DNA of 64,000 nucleotides. Origin: Octopus sinensis (Eukaryota). The translations under genes were made by a program, and so were the position numbers. The first letter of the stretch is position 1; each line of letters opens with the position of its first letter. The DNA lies in contig NC_043001.1 in assembly GCF_006345805.1 (NCBI RefSeq), positions 78,244,001 through 78,308,000 of the forward strand, read 5' to 3'. The notes beneath the pieces were generated by a model that saw only the letters and a program-made list of their open reading frames with translations, ran no database searches and was not told the origin of the DNA. Below, in pieces: positions 27,400-40,250 of the stretch.

Positions 27400-27720
27400 A
27401 GTGAAATAGTGAAATAGTGAAATAGTTTAGCATATATGGAGATAAATGTGCATGAGGAAAAGAGAGAGAGAAAAAGGGGGGAGGGGAGAGGAAGAGAGAA
27501 GAGAAAGGGAGAGAGAGAGGAGAGAGGAGAGACAGGAGAGACAGGAGAGAGGAGAGAGGAGAGAGAGAATAAGAATAAAAATTGTGAGGAAGGAAGAAGG
27601 TTAGAACAAAATAAAGTGAGAGAGAGAGAGAAGAAACTGACAGATAAAGAGAGAGAGACAGATTCATTGAGAGAGCAGGGAGTGGAGCTGATTGGAAGAA
27701 GGGAAATATAGAAAAAAATG

Positions 27721-27752
<32 letters not shown>

Positions 27753-28011
27753 GCACAGGAGAGAGGGAGAGAAAGAGAGAGAGACAGAACGAGAGAGAGA
27801 TTAATATATATATAGTGAAAGAGGGAGAGGGGGAGAGGAAGAGAGAAGAGAAAGGGAGAGAGAGAGGAGAGAGGAGAGACAGGAGAGAAGGAGAGACAGG
27901 AGAGAGGAGAGAGGAGAGAGAGGATAAGAATAAAAATTGCTCTCTCAATGAATCTGTCTCTCTCTCTCTTTATCTGTCAGTTTCTTCTCTCTCTCTCACT
28001 TTATATATATT

Positions 28012-28056
<45 letters not shown>

Positions 28057-28560
28057 AGAGAGAGGCGGCGAGAGAAAGAAGAAGAGAGAATATGAAAGGA
28101 AGGAGACAGTTTGAAAGACGAAAGAAAATGAAAAAGAAGCTAAAGGGGAGTGAAAGACAGAGAGAGAAATGAAATAAAAAGATAAAAGGAAGGTGTTATA
28201 TTGATAGAAAACGAGATAACGTGAAATGAAAACTAGGATAGAAGGAAAGATAAATACGAGCGCATATGAAGAGAGAGAGAGAGAGAGAGAGGAGAGAAAT
28301 GGAGAGACAGAGAGAGAGATAGGGAGAAAGAAAGCGAGAAATGGAAAATAGAAAGAGTGATAGAAAACAAAATTAACACAAAGAAAGCGAGAGAGAGAGA
28401 GAGAGAGTGAGAGAGAGAGAGGAACATTGACAAAGAAAGAGAAAGCGAGCGATAGAAAGAGAAAAATCATATAAACATGTAAGAGAATATAGGAAAGACA
28501 GAAACATCAAGAAAAAAATAAGGAGAGTTACAATGGGGGTGGGAAGGACAAAGAGAGCAC
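27400..28560. repeat. GA-rich low-complexity region with internal direct and inverted duplications
   Basis: Direct reading of the sequence; see the finding at 27470-28004. Confidence 0.85.
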
Positions 28561-28839
28561 AAAATCGAAAAATTTTTTTAAAAATTTCATTAGGTCCCAT
28601 TTTGTGTTGGTTCCATAAAATTATTCTCTGATATGAATGATGATATGGGTTATAAAAAAATTATACGATCAAGTCATGTGTGTGTGTCTGTGGCCGCGTG
28701 CGTGTGTGAGTGTGCATGTGCTTCTGTGTGTGTTTGTGTGCGTATATGTCTACGTGTGTGTACGTACGTGCATGTTAAATTTATACTAATATAGTATACA
28801 CATGTATATGTATACACACACACACACACACGAATATAA

Positions 28840-28873
<34 letters not shown>

Positions 28874-29884
28874 CCATTATATATACATATGCATATATAT
28901 CTAAAATCCTCATGCACATATATACATATTCGTAGATAGATAGATTGAGAAATAGATAGATAGATAGCCAAACAGAAGGATATATAGGCAGATAGATAGA
29001 GAGATTGACAGATATATAGATAGAAAAACAGAGAGATATTCTGATGTTCACATATGTGCATTTTACTTGCACGTATTCATATAGAAGCATAAACAGATAC
29101 ACATACATATATGGATAAGGTAAAAAAAAATAATAAAAATTCCAAACACTATCACATTTATGTATGCACTCATCATTAACATTCTATGATGTTGGTTAAA
29201 AAAAAGGGCAGTAAACAAGAGAAAATATTCACCGAATTTCTGAATATTTTAAATTACCACTTGATGTACAAATAAATAGAAAAATAAAAAACAGAAAGGA
29301 AAACCTAGTGTTGTAAGCTTTAATATACAGTAGTAGGTGAGAGGGGAAAGTATTTAAAACATTTTTTATACAGCGGTGAGTGGGAGATACGTTAAGAGTG
29401 TAAAAGGCGGTGATGGCTTTTAATGGTAGCGGTGTAATATGCTGTTAGCTTTAGAGTGATAGTATTCCTGCAGTAAGGTGGCTGGTTGTCAGCGTCGGCA
29501 AGAACATCGAGTAGAATGAAATGGAGTATTTTATTCCAGCTCTCTGGGCGCTGAGTTCGAATCTTTCTCTTTCTGGATGCTAGTAGTGAAGAAAATTGAT
29601 TTAGGACCACGTTGAATCGATTTCAGTCCCACCGCACGGTATCTTGATCACGTTTCTTTTAGTATAGCCTCTGATTGACCAATGATCTTTTGAGTGAATC
29701 TAGAGGAGACGGAAAATGCATGGAAAACCGCAGAAAAAAAATATATGTTTGTGTGTGGATATTATATATATATTATATATATTATATAATATACTATATA
29801 TAGATATATTTATATATATATTATATATCATATATAATATACATACATATATGTATGTATGCATGTATGTATGTGCGTATGTGA

Positions 29885-30183
29885 AGGTACATAGCTCTGT
29901 GGTTAGAGCGTCGGGCTAGTCTGCGTTAGTGAGTTCGATTCAGGGACTGGGCTGTGTGTTATGTTTTTGAGCAGGACACTTTATTTTATGTTGCTCCCCT
30001 TCACTCGTGTGGTGCCAAGTTTTATTGGTCTTTGCTTTTCTCTTGGATTACATCTGTGACGTGGAGAGGAGAAACTGGTATGCATGGGTGACTGCTGGTA
30101 TGCAATAAACAACCTTGCCCGGACTCGTGCCTTGCAGGGGGATTTTCTAGGTGCAATCCCAAGGTCATTCATGACCGAAACGA
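29885..30183 (+). mobile_element. tRNA-derived SINE family C
   Basis: A box TAGCTCTGTGG, B box GAGTTCGATTC, core TTGAGCAGGACACTTTATTTTATGTTGCTCC, tail CTGGTATGCATGGGTGACTGCTGG. The tail recurs at ~31170-31280 (+) and ~57665-57850 (-). Confidence 0.75.
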
Positions 30184-30249
30184 TTCTTTAAACTCTTATA
30201 TATATATATAAACACACAAACACACACACACCACACACATATATATATA

Positions 30250-30296
<47 letters not shown>

Positions 30297-30498
30297 ACAT
30301 ATATATATATATAGAATGGTTGTATACTGTCAATTTAACGTGACAGTAGGGGATTACATCACCGCTGTTTAACCCTAGGAAGCATCGACGCTTCCTGTTG
30401 GCTTCGACACATTTTTTCCTGGAAAATTGACAATATACAACCATTCTATCGCCCCACCACCGTACATATCTCTATGAGATATTTAGAAATTTAATATT

Positions 30499-30592
<94 letters not shown>

Positions 30593-31324
30593 TTTTTTTT
30601 TCAACATCATTGGATCACGAAGCACACCATTTAAAGCTATAAATGATAGCATAGACAGTTTCTCATTTCAATAATTCCAAGCTATTATTTATAGGTTTAT
30701 TATGTCATTCGAGAATCAATATTCGAAGGTAGAAATTTTTTTTGAGAGTTTATAAAATTCCTATGACAATATATGTGAAAATGCGCGCGCTCGTGTAGGC
30801 GTGTTTGCGCGTGTGTGTGAGTATGTGTGTGTATGTGTATATACACACATGTGTGTCACAGCATGAAAATTACTGTTGGTTTGTTTATGTTCCTGTAAAA
30901 CTAGTGCACAGCAAAACTGACCAAAGTTTAAACAAAAAGAACGAAGAAAAGAAGGAAAGAAAGAAAGAGAGGAAAATTGGGTTCGATTTGTTCTACTAAA
31001 GCCAGTCGATGCTGTTTTACATCATATGCGTTGCATAATCACTGAAGAATGTAAAAGACAAGAGAATGGTGTTAATAAACCGACCAGCCTTTTCCTTTCG
31101 GGTCAAATTGCTTCAGTGTGAGAACTACGGTAATGCTAAACGTGACTATGGAATGACTATCAACGTCTCTGGAGCCAAGCTGTATCGGCGCTTGGATAAC
31201 ATCAGTAACTTGGAGAGGAGAGACTGGTAAGCATGGGCAAGTACTGCTTTTCCATAAACAACGTTGCCCAGACATGTGCATCAGAGGGTAACATTTTAAG
31301 TGCAAATCCATATGTATGTATGTA

Positions 31325-31584
31325 TTACTGAGATGTGCTTGCATAGCCAGTGACCTGATCTGAGATCGTGTGCCGAAACAAAAATAATTGCAGCGTGGGA
31401 GATGTTTATAAGCCAATTAAAAACACACAGACATGGTTAGATTTACTTTCGCATTTAAATTTAATTTGTCAAAATATTTTCGTTGCTTTGAAATCGCGAC
31501 CTGTTCACTGACAAAATTCTTTGCAGTGAACAGGTCGCAGTTTTTGTGTGTGTTTTAAATGGCTTATAAACACCTTCCACGCTG
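31325..31584. mobile_element. Fold-back short element (probable Penelope-like pLTR remnant)
   Basis: Outer inverted repeat at 31391-31429 / 31547-31584 and a perfect 15-bp inner inverted repeat at 31496-31510 / 31524-31538. A diverged paralog lies at ~50030-50270. The PLE assignment is inferred. Confidence 0.65.
31465..31515 (-). ncRNA. Minimal type I hammerhead ribozyme-like motif with G3-C8 core swap
   Basis: UUUGUCA-GUGAACA-G-GUCGC-gauuucaaa-GCAAC-GAAA-AUAU-UU-UGACAAA. It has a 7-bp stem I, a 5-bp stem II with one mismatch and a palindromic stem III. Folded by eye. Confidence 0.55.
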
Positions 31585-31585
31585 A

Positions 31586-32736
31586 ACAAAATAATGGAAA
31601 CACCTTAAAATTTCAAACAAATTTATTTTAATATGGGGTAGGACGGCTTCTTCAGCTAAAAATATCTCCAGGTTTTGCAGATATGATGGTAGGGAAATCG
31701 ACTCCTTAACTCTTCTTCTAAAATGCACCATAAATATTCAATACTATTGAGATCTGGGGACTGAGGTGGCCAGATAAGATGTTCAACTTCACTAGAATGT
31801 GCCATTCAGTAACAAATTCAGCTGTGTGAATTGGTGCATTATCATCCTGAAAGATTGCGTTTCCCTCAGAAACAGTTCCGCAGCCATAGGATGAATTTGA
31901 TCAGATAAAACGCTTAAATAGTCTTGACTATTCATTCTGCCATGAAGGGTAACCATTGGGCTGGCAGATTTCCGAAATATAGCCCCCTAGATCATCACAG
32001 CTCCAGTTGGAAGAAGGCAGTCTGGCTCAAGCGCTTCTTTTGGCAGCCACCACACGTCTACTGGGCCGGTTGTCGGAAATAACGTAAAGGATGACTCGTC
32101 CGAGAAAATAACATTCTTCCACTGCGCTGGGGACCAATCCCGCAGGTTTTTACTCGACTCTAAGCGATTTGCAACGTTTGTTTTTGAAAGTCGTGGTTTT
32201 CCGGTTGCAGTCCTCTCGTTAAATACGGCCTTGTGCAGCTCCCGGCGAACAGTTTTTGTAGAAACTGGTTTCTCGAAGGTGGTCATTAACCTCTGCAATA
32301 ATATTGGGAGCTGTACTTTTGTGATCCTTTCTAACAATTCGCGTAAGAATCTGACGGTCCCTATCTAAATATTTTGGTTTTCTTCCGGAGTTTTGTTTAG
32401 ACAAGGCGGTTTTTACCTCTTTCTCAAAGGCTGTCATTACTTTCGAGACAGTACTTCTTAATACACATTTCGTCTGTTTTCGTTACGCTAGCGCCTGCCA
32501 TACCTGCACCAACAATATGACCTCTTTGAAAGTCCGATAGATCTGTCTTTTTAATGAATTTTAATTACCTATTTCTGCTGATATCTGAAAAGAAACAGCA
32601 ATTTTAGTAAAACATATTAAGCAACACTAATAAAAATATACAAAACATAAACATAAAATAGCTTTTGACGGTTTTATAGATAATTTAAAATTATGATGGT
32701 TATAATGCTAAGTGTTTCCATTATTTTGTCCAAACC

Positions 32737-32739
<3 letters not shown>
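31586..32739 (-). mobile_element. Tc1-family (DDE) DNA transposon, decayed
   Basis: Right TIR is the reverse complement of CAGGGTTTGGACAAAATAATGGAAACAC, ending at 32739 before TA. The left TIR lacks its outer ~10 bp. Motifs are NVIFSDESSF, IFQDDNAPIH and WPPQSPDLNSIEYLW. Confidence 0.92.
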
Positions 32740-32790
<51 letters not shown>

Positions 32791-32802
32791 TATATATATG
32801 CA

Positions 32803-32865
<63 letters not shown>

Positions 32866-33448
32866 TAATTATAAATAAGGGAAAAAGCAAACATTTTTAC
32901 ACAAATATACTGAAAAATAGACTTTAGATCGTCTAACTACATAAAATATTTTTCACTATAAATACAGAGCGTGGCGAAACAAAACCAAGCTAACAGAAAC
33001 TCTACGTGACTTTCCTAACCGACTATATGTTTGTTGAGGCTTGCTACAAAATTTCTGTTTAGATATATTTGTGGTACTTAAATGTACTCATGACTTTGCA
33101 TCTCCTTTTTCCATGGGTATATGTGAGCATTCCAGGTATTCTTATCATGTTCCTCACCGAAGAAAGAAGAATTCTTTGGGATTAATCTAGAAATTGTTCC
33201 GATTTCGGGAAAAACGGAATTAAAAAACTGTTCTCTTAGCTTGCTTTCTCCTCTGTGTATTTAATAGTGAAAAATATTGTATGTGGTCAGAAGATCTGAA
33301 GTCTATTTTTCAGCAAATTGGCATAGAATTTTTTTCTTTTACCTTTATTTATAATTGTTTATAATTTTTTCCTTAAAAGGTTTATTGATATGCTGGCCAC
33401 TGATAAAATTTCTTTTTGAAAATGTTTTATCCTTATATTAGAAGCATA

Positions 33449-33487
<39 letters not shown>

Positions 33488-33854
33488 ACACAAACACACA
33501 TATATATAATAATAGTAGGGAATATAATTACAGACTTGCAGGGAAAAATTCAATTTATCAATTCTAAATCAAATTTCACAACATATAATATATATGTATG
33601 TGTGTGTGTGTGTGTGTACTTAAGAGAAATATTAAGTAATTCAATAGTGAAAGACATTATCTATATCATATAGAAAAAAATGAAAATATACTATAATAAA
33701 TATTATTCGAAAATGATTAAATTAAATAAACAAATTTTATTTAATTTCAGGATTTTTTGAATAATATTTATTATAGTATATTTGAATTGTTTCCATATGA
33801 TATATACATCTTTCACTATTAAATTATTTAATAGAGGTTATTTTTATTAGTTAT

Positions 33855-33888
<34 letters not shown>

Positions 33889-34130
33889 TTTGAACCTCAG
33901 AACATTAGATCTCGAACCAAATCATTAACACTTCAGTTTCACTAGTATCTGTTTGGATAAATGGTTCTGAACCATTATTGCCTATGGACTCCTTTGATTC
34001 CTATTTTATGTGTAGAACCTCCATAGCCATTCAATATTTTTTTTAAATCCTATATTTTTATAATTAAATAATATTGAGCTCTGTTTTTAAAAATTGTCAA
34101 AATATTTTGCTCATTGCAGAAGAATAAATA

Positions 34131-35391
34131 TTACGTTGCTCCGAAAATAATGGCCGATTTCAGAAACATAATTTTATTCTGGAGAAATTAACAATAGAAA
34201 TATTTTAATTAGTCAAAGTATGAGCCGTGAACATCTATGCATCTCTGCCATCGATCAACGAGATTATTTATGCCTCGTTGATAAAAACTCATTGGCTTTG
34301 ATGCTAAGAAATCTTTGAAAGTTGATTACACATCTGAATTTTATCACATAAGATCGTGTTTAAATGGTTAAAAATGGTAGTTACTTCGTGATATATCAGC
34401 AGAATATGGAAGATCTGGTAAAGTCCCGTATCCCAAGTCGGCGAGTTTCTGCTGCGTCATTTGTGCAACATGTGACTTTGCATTATCGTGCAGCAGAATT
34501 GGGCTACGCTGATTGACCAATGCAGGTCTCATTTTTTGCAGGTGAGCATGCTTTCAGCGAGTTGGTTGCAGTAAATCTCTACTGTAATGCTCTGATTGGT
34601 TTCCAGAAAGCTGTAATAGACAACATCAACTGCATACCATCAGACAATCACCATAATCTTTTGCTGATGCAACTTTGACTTTGGGAAATGCTTGGAGGAC
34701 TCATAACGATCAAGCCATCTACCTGATCGTTTACGGGTATCATAAAGGACCCACTTTCTGTCACAAGTGAATTTTCGGTCAAGAAACAGATCATTGTTGT
34801 CTCGTAGAATGATCATCAACCACACTTTTCATTCAGCACATGCGGTACCACTTATCGAGCTTTTTCACCCTACCAATCTTCTGCAGATTGCGTGAGAGCA
34901 TTGGAATACCGACACCAAGTGCCTGAGACATTTCGCTGACACTTTGAGGTGGGTTTTGGTCAATTGCTTTCAATTTTTCATTGTCAAGACTGCATGACCG
35001 TCCTATACCTTCTTTATCTTCAAGGCACTCACCAACATTACGGAATTTCTGAAACCAACTTCGTACAGTGTAATCACTTATGGATCCCTCTCCCCATGCT
35101 CTGTTGATATTGGCAGCAGTTTGAGAGGCATTGTGCTCAAGCTTGAACTTATGCAAGAAAAGTAAGTGAAGGTCCTTTTTTGTCATGTTTATAATTACTA
35201 GCACGTATACTTTGAATGTTTTCTGTCTGAAATAAGAATGTCTTCAGTCTGAAATAAGTTGAAAATTACTAAAGAGCATAGATCAATAATTAAGAATGCC
35301 GAAATTCACCTAGAATATAATTAAGATACTATGATAAAATTGCGTTTCAAAACACACACTTGGCGCGGCCATTATTTTTGGAACAACCTAA
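34131..35391 (-). mobile_element. Mariner (cecropia/Hsmar1-like) transposon, full length, decayed
   Basis: TIRs TTACGTTGCTCCGAAAATAATGGCCG and CGGCCATTATTTTTGGAACAACCTAA, with TA on the left. Motifs are FLHKFKLEHNASQTAANINRAWG, TCDRKW, LLHDNA and RWQRCIDVHGSYFD*. Length is 1261 bp. Confidence 0.92.
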
Positions 35392-36072
35392 TTGTTTATT
35401 GCACACGGATTTTAACAGTAAAATCTTATATGGACGACCGTTGAGATAAATACGTAACGGACCGCGCATCGTCGAAACCGATGTAGCCCCTTCATCTTTT
35501 CATGAATCCATATTTGTGTAGGCGTTTGTGGCTTGCGAAGATGTGCTATATTTGCAGTTTTGATTATTGGTTTTATATTTTACATTTTCGTTGGTAGTGA
35601 AGTCAGAAATTTGATAACGGCAATGAATTATGCTGCAGCTGAAGTGTATTAATTAATATTGTTTAATTGTTACTCATGCTGCTGTTTCTTCTGCTTCTGT
35701 TGCGAAAAACATGCTGTGAAGAAAGTAATATGCAACACTGCATTCTTCATTGAAATAATTGAATACATCAAGCCTAATTATGAGGGTCAGCTAATTCAGA
35801 GAAAGGTGGAAATAAGGCCAGAAAAATGCATCATATAGTCGAAAGGCTGTATATATTTTTTCAGACTGACAATAGTTATATGAAGAGAAACTAAATCTAC
35901 AGAAATTTAGATTTGCCTCACGCAACAACAACAGGCACAGTTATGAACACTCGGTGATAAAATTAGTAATGACAGTTAAAGAAACAAATTCTGTATGAAG
36001 CCCAGATTTCTTTTGGAAAACATGAAACATATTCCTGTAATTTAATAATATTATAAGTCATATTAAATGGAC

Positions 36073-36262
36073 AAGCTGGCAGAATTGTTAGCACTCTTGA
36101 CGAAACATATAGCGGAATTTTTTGCGTTCTGAGTTCAAATTCTGCCGAAGCCGACTTGTTCTGTTGGGGTCGAGAAGATAAGTATATTTTGAATACTGGG
36201 TTCGATGTCGTCGACATATCTCCTCCCCGGAAATTGCAGGCCTTTTGCCAAAATTTAAACTA
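36073..36262 (+). mobile_element. SINE family B (tail type 1)
   Basis: AAGCTGGCAGAATTGTTAGCAC...GTTCTGAGTTCAAATTCTGCCG...GGCCTTTTGCCAAAATTTAAAC. Confidence 0.8.
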
Positions 36263-36743
36263 AGATTATATATCAATTTATGTATATATAATTATACATT
36301 TTATGCATGATTGGGAACTGACGGCCGTCGTTACACATGTTTGTGCTCAAATACTGAAAACATAATTCTCTCTTTTATACTACACTTTTCTACCAAAATA
36401 TATTTTATGATTATGCATTCATAAACTAAGATGTTTTACACACACAAACATACACACACACACAGGTATGAACAAAGTCAAACAAACATAGACGAGGTGT
36501 ATGTGTTGTTAGTTTGTCGGGCGACTGCGTATTTTAGCCTTAAGAGAAAATAATATCAATGCCCTTGGTGTTGCTCGGGAAAAAATGGATCTGCTTTAGG
36601 GTGTTTTTACACCAAGGGCATTCAGATTATAATCACTTACGCCTAAAAAACGCAATCCCCACAAAATTACAACGACGAACCTCGTGTATGTGTGTTCGAT
36701 TATGTTTACATACCTTGAGCTTCTTCTAACACACACATATACG

Positions 36744-36794
<51 letters not shown>

Positions 36795-36846
36795 ATATAT
36801 ATATATATATATTATAGTATGTTTGTGTGCATATATTATATATGTT

Positions 36847-36887
<41 letters not shown>

Positions 36888-36891
36888 TATG

Positions 36892-36925
<34 letters not shown>

Positions 36926-37037
36926 AGAAAGTGAGAGAGAGAGACGTAGTAGTTGGAAGAAACAACGTTAGGCCTGATACTTAGATGGAGCGCCAAGACA
37001 GAATACAAAATATAATTACGGAGTAAGATAAGAAACT

Positions 37038-37255
37038 ACTCTTTACGCTTTTACTCTTTTACCTGTTTCAGTCACTTGACTGCAGCCATGATGGAGCACC
37101 GCCTTTAGTCTAGCACATCGACCCCAGGACTTATTCTTTGTAAGCATAGTACTTATTCTATTGGTTCTCTTTTGCCGAACCGCTAGGTGACGGGGACGTA
37201 AACAAACCAGCATCAGTCGTCAAGCGATGTTGGGTAGACAAATACAGACACACAA

Positions 37256-37314
<59 letters not shown>

Positions 37315-37477
37315 CATTCGACGAGCTTCTTTCAGCTTCCGACTACCAAATCCACTCACAAGGCTTTGGTTGGCCCGAGGCTATAGTAGAAGACACTTGC
37401 TGAAGGTGCCACGCAGTGGGACTGAAACCGGAACCATATAGTTCGTAAGCAAGCTACTTACCACACAGCCACTCCTA
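37038..37477 (-). mobile_element. SINE family A, full length
   Basis: Collinear with 663-1073, including the A/B boxes, the internal (CA)(TA) microsatellite and the tail. Confidence 0.9.
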
Positions 37478-37789
37478 TGTTTGGAATTACGTATTTTCTC
37501 ATCTTATTTTGTAATTTTGTTATGTACTTGATTATATTTCATGAAAATATGTTTCTATCAAGGAGAATTCTGGTTATCTCCATTACTAACTCCACATCAG
37601 CGTTATTTGGATTTCTCTTATAACCATTCTTGACGATGCGGACCTTGTCCTCAAGATGAATTCGGAGATTAAGTTTGAATCTTGTTGAGCACTACTATGT
37701 GTCTTCTGTACTGAGCATACTCAGCCCTCATATATCGTTTGTATATAAACGTATCTCAAAATATCACTGGTGTTCCTCAAGCCGTAGGT

Positions 37790-37990
37790 TCACAAGGCCG
37801 GTTTCTCAGAGTTTATGGCATAGATTTTCTCTCCAAACTTGAGAGCACGATTGATCCTTTTTCTTACATGATGGACTGGAGCAACATGCTATAAACAGTT
37901 TTCTTGAAGAATGCAACTAATCGCAGAGTCAAGGATTCGAAAGCACAAACTTACGCTCATGAATGCAACGACCTAACCATTAAACTACAC
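37790..37990 (-). mobile_element. SINE family C, degenerate
   Basis: GACTGGAGCAACATG...TTCTTGAAGAA...GGATTCGAA...CCTAACCA is the reverse complement of the family C head and core. Confidence 0.55.
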
Positions 37991-38084
37991 CATTAAGCTA
38001 CACGTTTCCACACGCACACACACAGAGGAACCCACAAACTCACATACGACCGTATATCTATGTATGTTATATATAATTAAGTAT

Positions 38085-38179
<95 letters not shown>

Positions 38180-38181
<2 letters not shown>

Positions 38182-38374
38182 GGATAGTAAAACATAAATG
38201 TGAAACAAGGTGGAAAAAAGAGTACTCAAATATTTAAAGCAGCAGAAAATTCAACAAAACCTGTTACTCTGAGTTTCACGTTCGTTTTTGCCAACCATCA
38301 TTCTAGCAAAACTGTACGAGAACGGGAACTGAAACTCAGAGTAACAGATTTTGTTGAATTTTCTGCTGCTTTAA
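38180..38374. mobile_element. Fold-back short element with ~55-bp inverted arms (probable PLE remnant)
   Basis: 38234-38286 is the reverse complement of 38321-38374 (TTAAAGCAGCAGAAAATTCAACAAAA.CTGTTACTCTGAGTTTCA). Confidence 0.65.
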
Positions 38375-38446
38375 CTAAAGTATATATACACAAAGATACA
38401 TATATATAAATAAATATATGCTTATTTATATATATCTATGTGTATA

Positions 38447-38492
<46 letters not shown>

Positions 38493-38761
38493 ATATATAT
38501 ATGTCTATCCCCCACCAAAGCCCAACCGTTCTCCTCACCGTGGTGCTGGGGGTGGCAACGGCATATGGTAAATACGCTGGCTAAACGGAAAGACCTGGCC
38601 ACCTACCCCAGTATCCTGGCCAATATACTCTATGGATCAAAAGTGTAAGAATTCTAATATGATGGTACCAAAGAGTTGGACCCCCCGGGCTGCGAGATAC
38701 CACATTGGCTACTGGGGAAGAGCACAAGGATAATCATAATAGCGGCGGTATTGATGGCGAT

Positions 38762-38903
38762 AATTGGTACTTATTTAATCGACCCCAAAAGGATGAAAGG
38801 CAAAGTCGACCTCGGCGGAATTTGAACTCAGAACGTAGCGGCAGACGAAATATCGCTAAGCATTTCGCCCGGCGTGCTAACGTTTCTGCCATCTCGCCGC
38901 CTT
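38762..38903 (-). mobile_element. SINE family B
   Basis: GGATGAAAGGCAAAGTCGACCTCGGCGGAATTTGAACTCAGAACGTA...CATTTCGCCCGGCGTGCTAACG. Confidence 0.88.
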
Positions 38904-39038
38904 TACCTTTATTCTTATATTATAATATCGGTGTATATTATGTATAAAGGAAAAAATCAGATGTCTTGCATTAAATTTTTTCCTTAACTGGTTTACACAC
39001 TGGCTACTTGATAAAATCTTATATAGATTTTTATCCTA

Positions 39039-39069
<31 letters not shown>

Positions 39070-39104
39070 CATATATATATATGTATATATTTTTCATTCT
39101 TATG

Positions 39105-39290
39105 TTCTTTTTTTTCAGTTATGTGACTGCTGCTATGCTTGGGCACCGCCTTGAAGGTCGTTAGTCGAAGAAATTCACCCCAGCACTTATTTTTAAGCCT
39201 AGTACTTAGTCTATCGGACGCTTGCGGAACTGCTAATTACGGGGACGTAATCACACCATCACCGGTTGTCACACAGAGACATACACACGC
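39105..39290 (-). mobile_element. SINE family A, 3' half
   Basis: CAGTTATGTGACTGCTGCTATGCTTGGGCACCGCC tail. Confidence 0.75.
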
Positions 39291-39772
39291 ATTCATACAT
39301 ACACACATAAGTACATTTATTTATACATATATACATACATACATTCATACGTACATATATATCGTCTCGGCTTAACAGCCCTCACCGTTTGTTTTTACTG
39401 TTTTATTCTCACTGTCCTGTCCTTTTTACTGTTTTGTTCTCACTCTCCTGTCCTTGTTACCACTTTCACCCTCCGCAAAAAATTCCAGATTTTATTTAAT
39501 TTGCTTTGCGGGAAGGTATGTTCAACGAAGTCGCATCTTCTCCTTGCATTCGAAACGTGGAGATGATGAAACAGCAACGACCAAAGAAGGGGAATGTTCT
39601 TTATGTTGTATGTCTCGTTTCTCCGTTTGATGTTCGAAAAAAAAGTTTGTTTCTATGTTTTTGTTTTTATATTTCCGTTTCTCATTGTGTTCAACGTTTT
39701 TCTGATGTCCTGTACCCATATATGCATGTATATATACATATATAAGTAGGTATGTACATATATGCATATAAT

Positions 39773-39827
<55 letters not shown>

Positions 39828-39924
39828 CATATATATATATATAATGAATCTATTTGAAGAAAACAGAGAGTTGAGAATATCCAGTTATTTATCGTCATTT
39901 CAGTTCTTTTTTTCGCCTACATAA

Positions 39925-40233
39925 CACCGAACTTATTCTTTGTAAACCTATAACTTACTCTATCATTTTCTTTTGCCGAACCGCTACGTTATGATGACGT
40001 AGACACATCACATCGGTTGTCAAGGGATGGTGGGAGCAAACAGAGATACACAAGCGTATACATATATATACGAAAGGCTTTTTTCAGTTTCCGTCTACCA
40101 ACTCCAATCACACGGCTTTGGTCGGCCCGAAGCTATAGTAGAAAACACTTGCCCAAGATGCCATGCAGTGGGAGTGAATCCGGAACCATGTGGTTGGTAA
40201 GCAAGCTACTTACTACACACCCATTCCTACGCA
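39925..40233 (-). mobile_element. SINE family A lacking its 3' tail
   Basis: TTCCGTCTACCAA...GGTCGGCCCGAAGCTATAGTAGAAAACACTTGCCCAAG...CCGGAACCATGTGGTTGGTAAGCAAGCTACTTAC. Confidence 0.85.
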
Positions 40234-40250
40234 TATATATATATTAAAAA

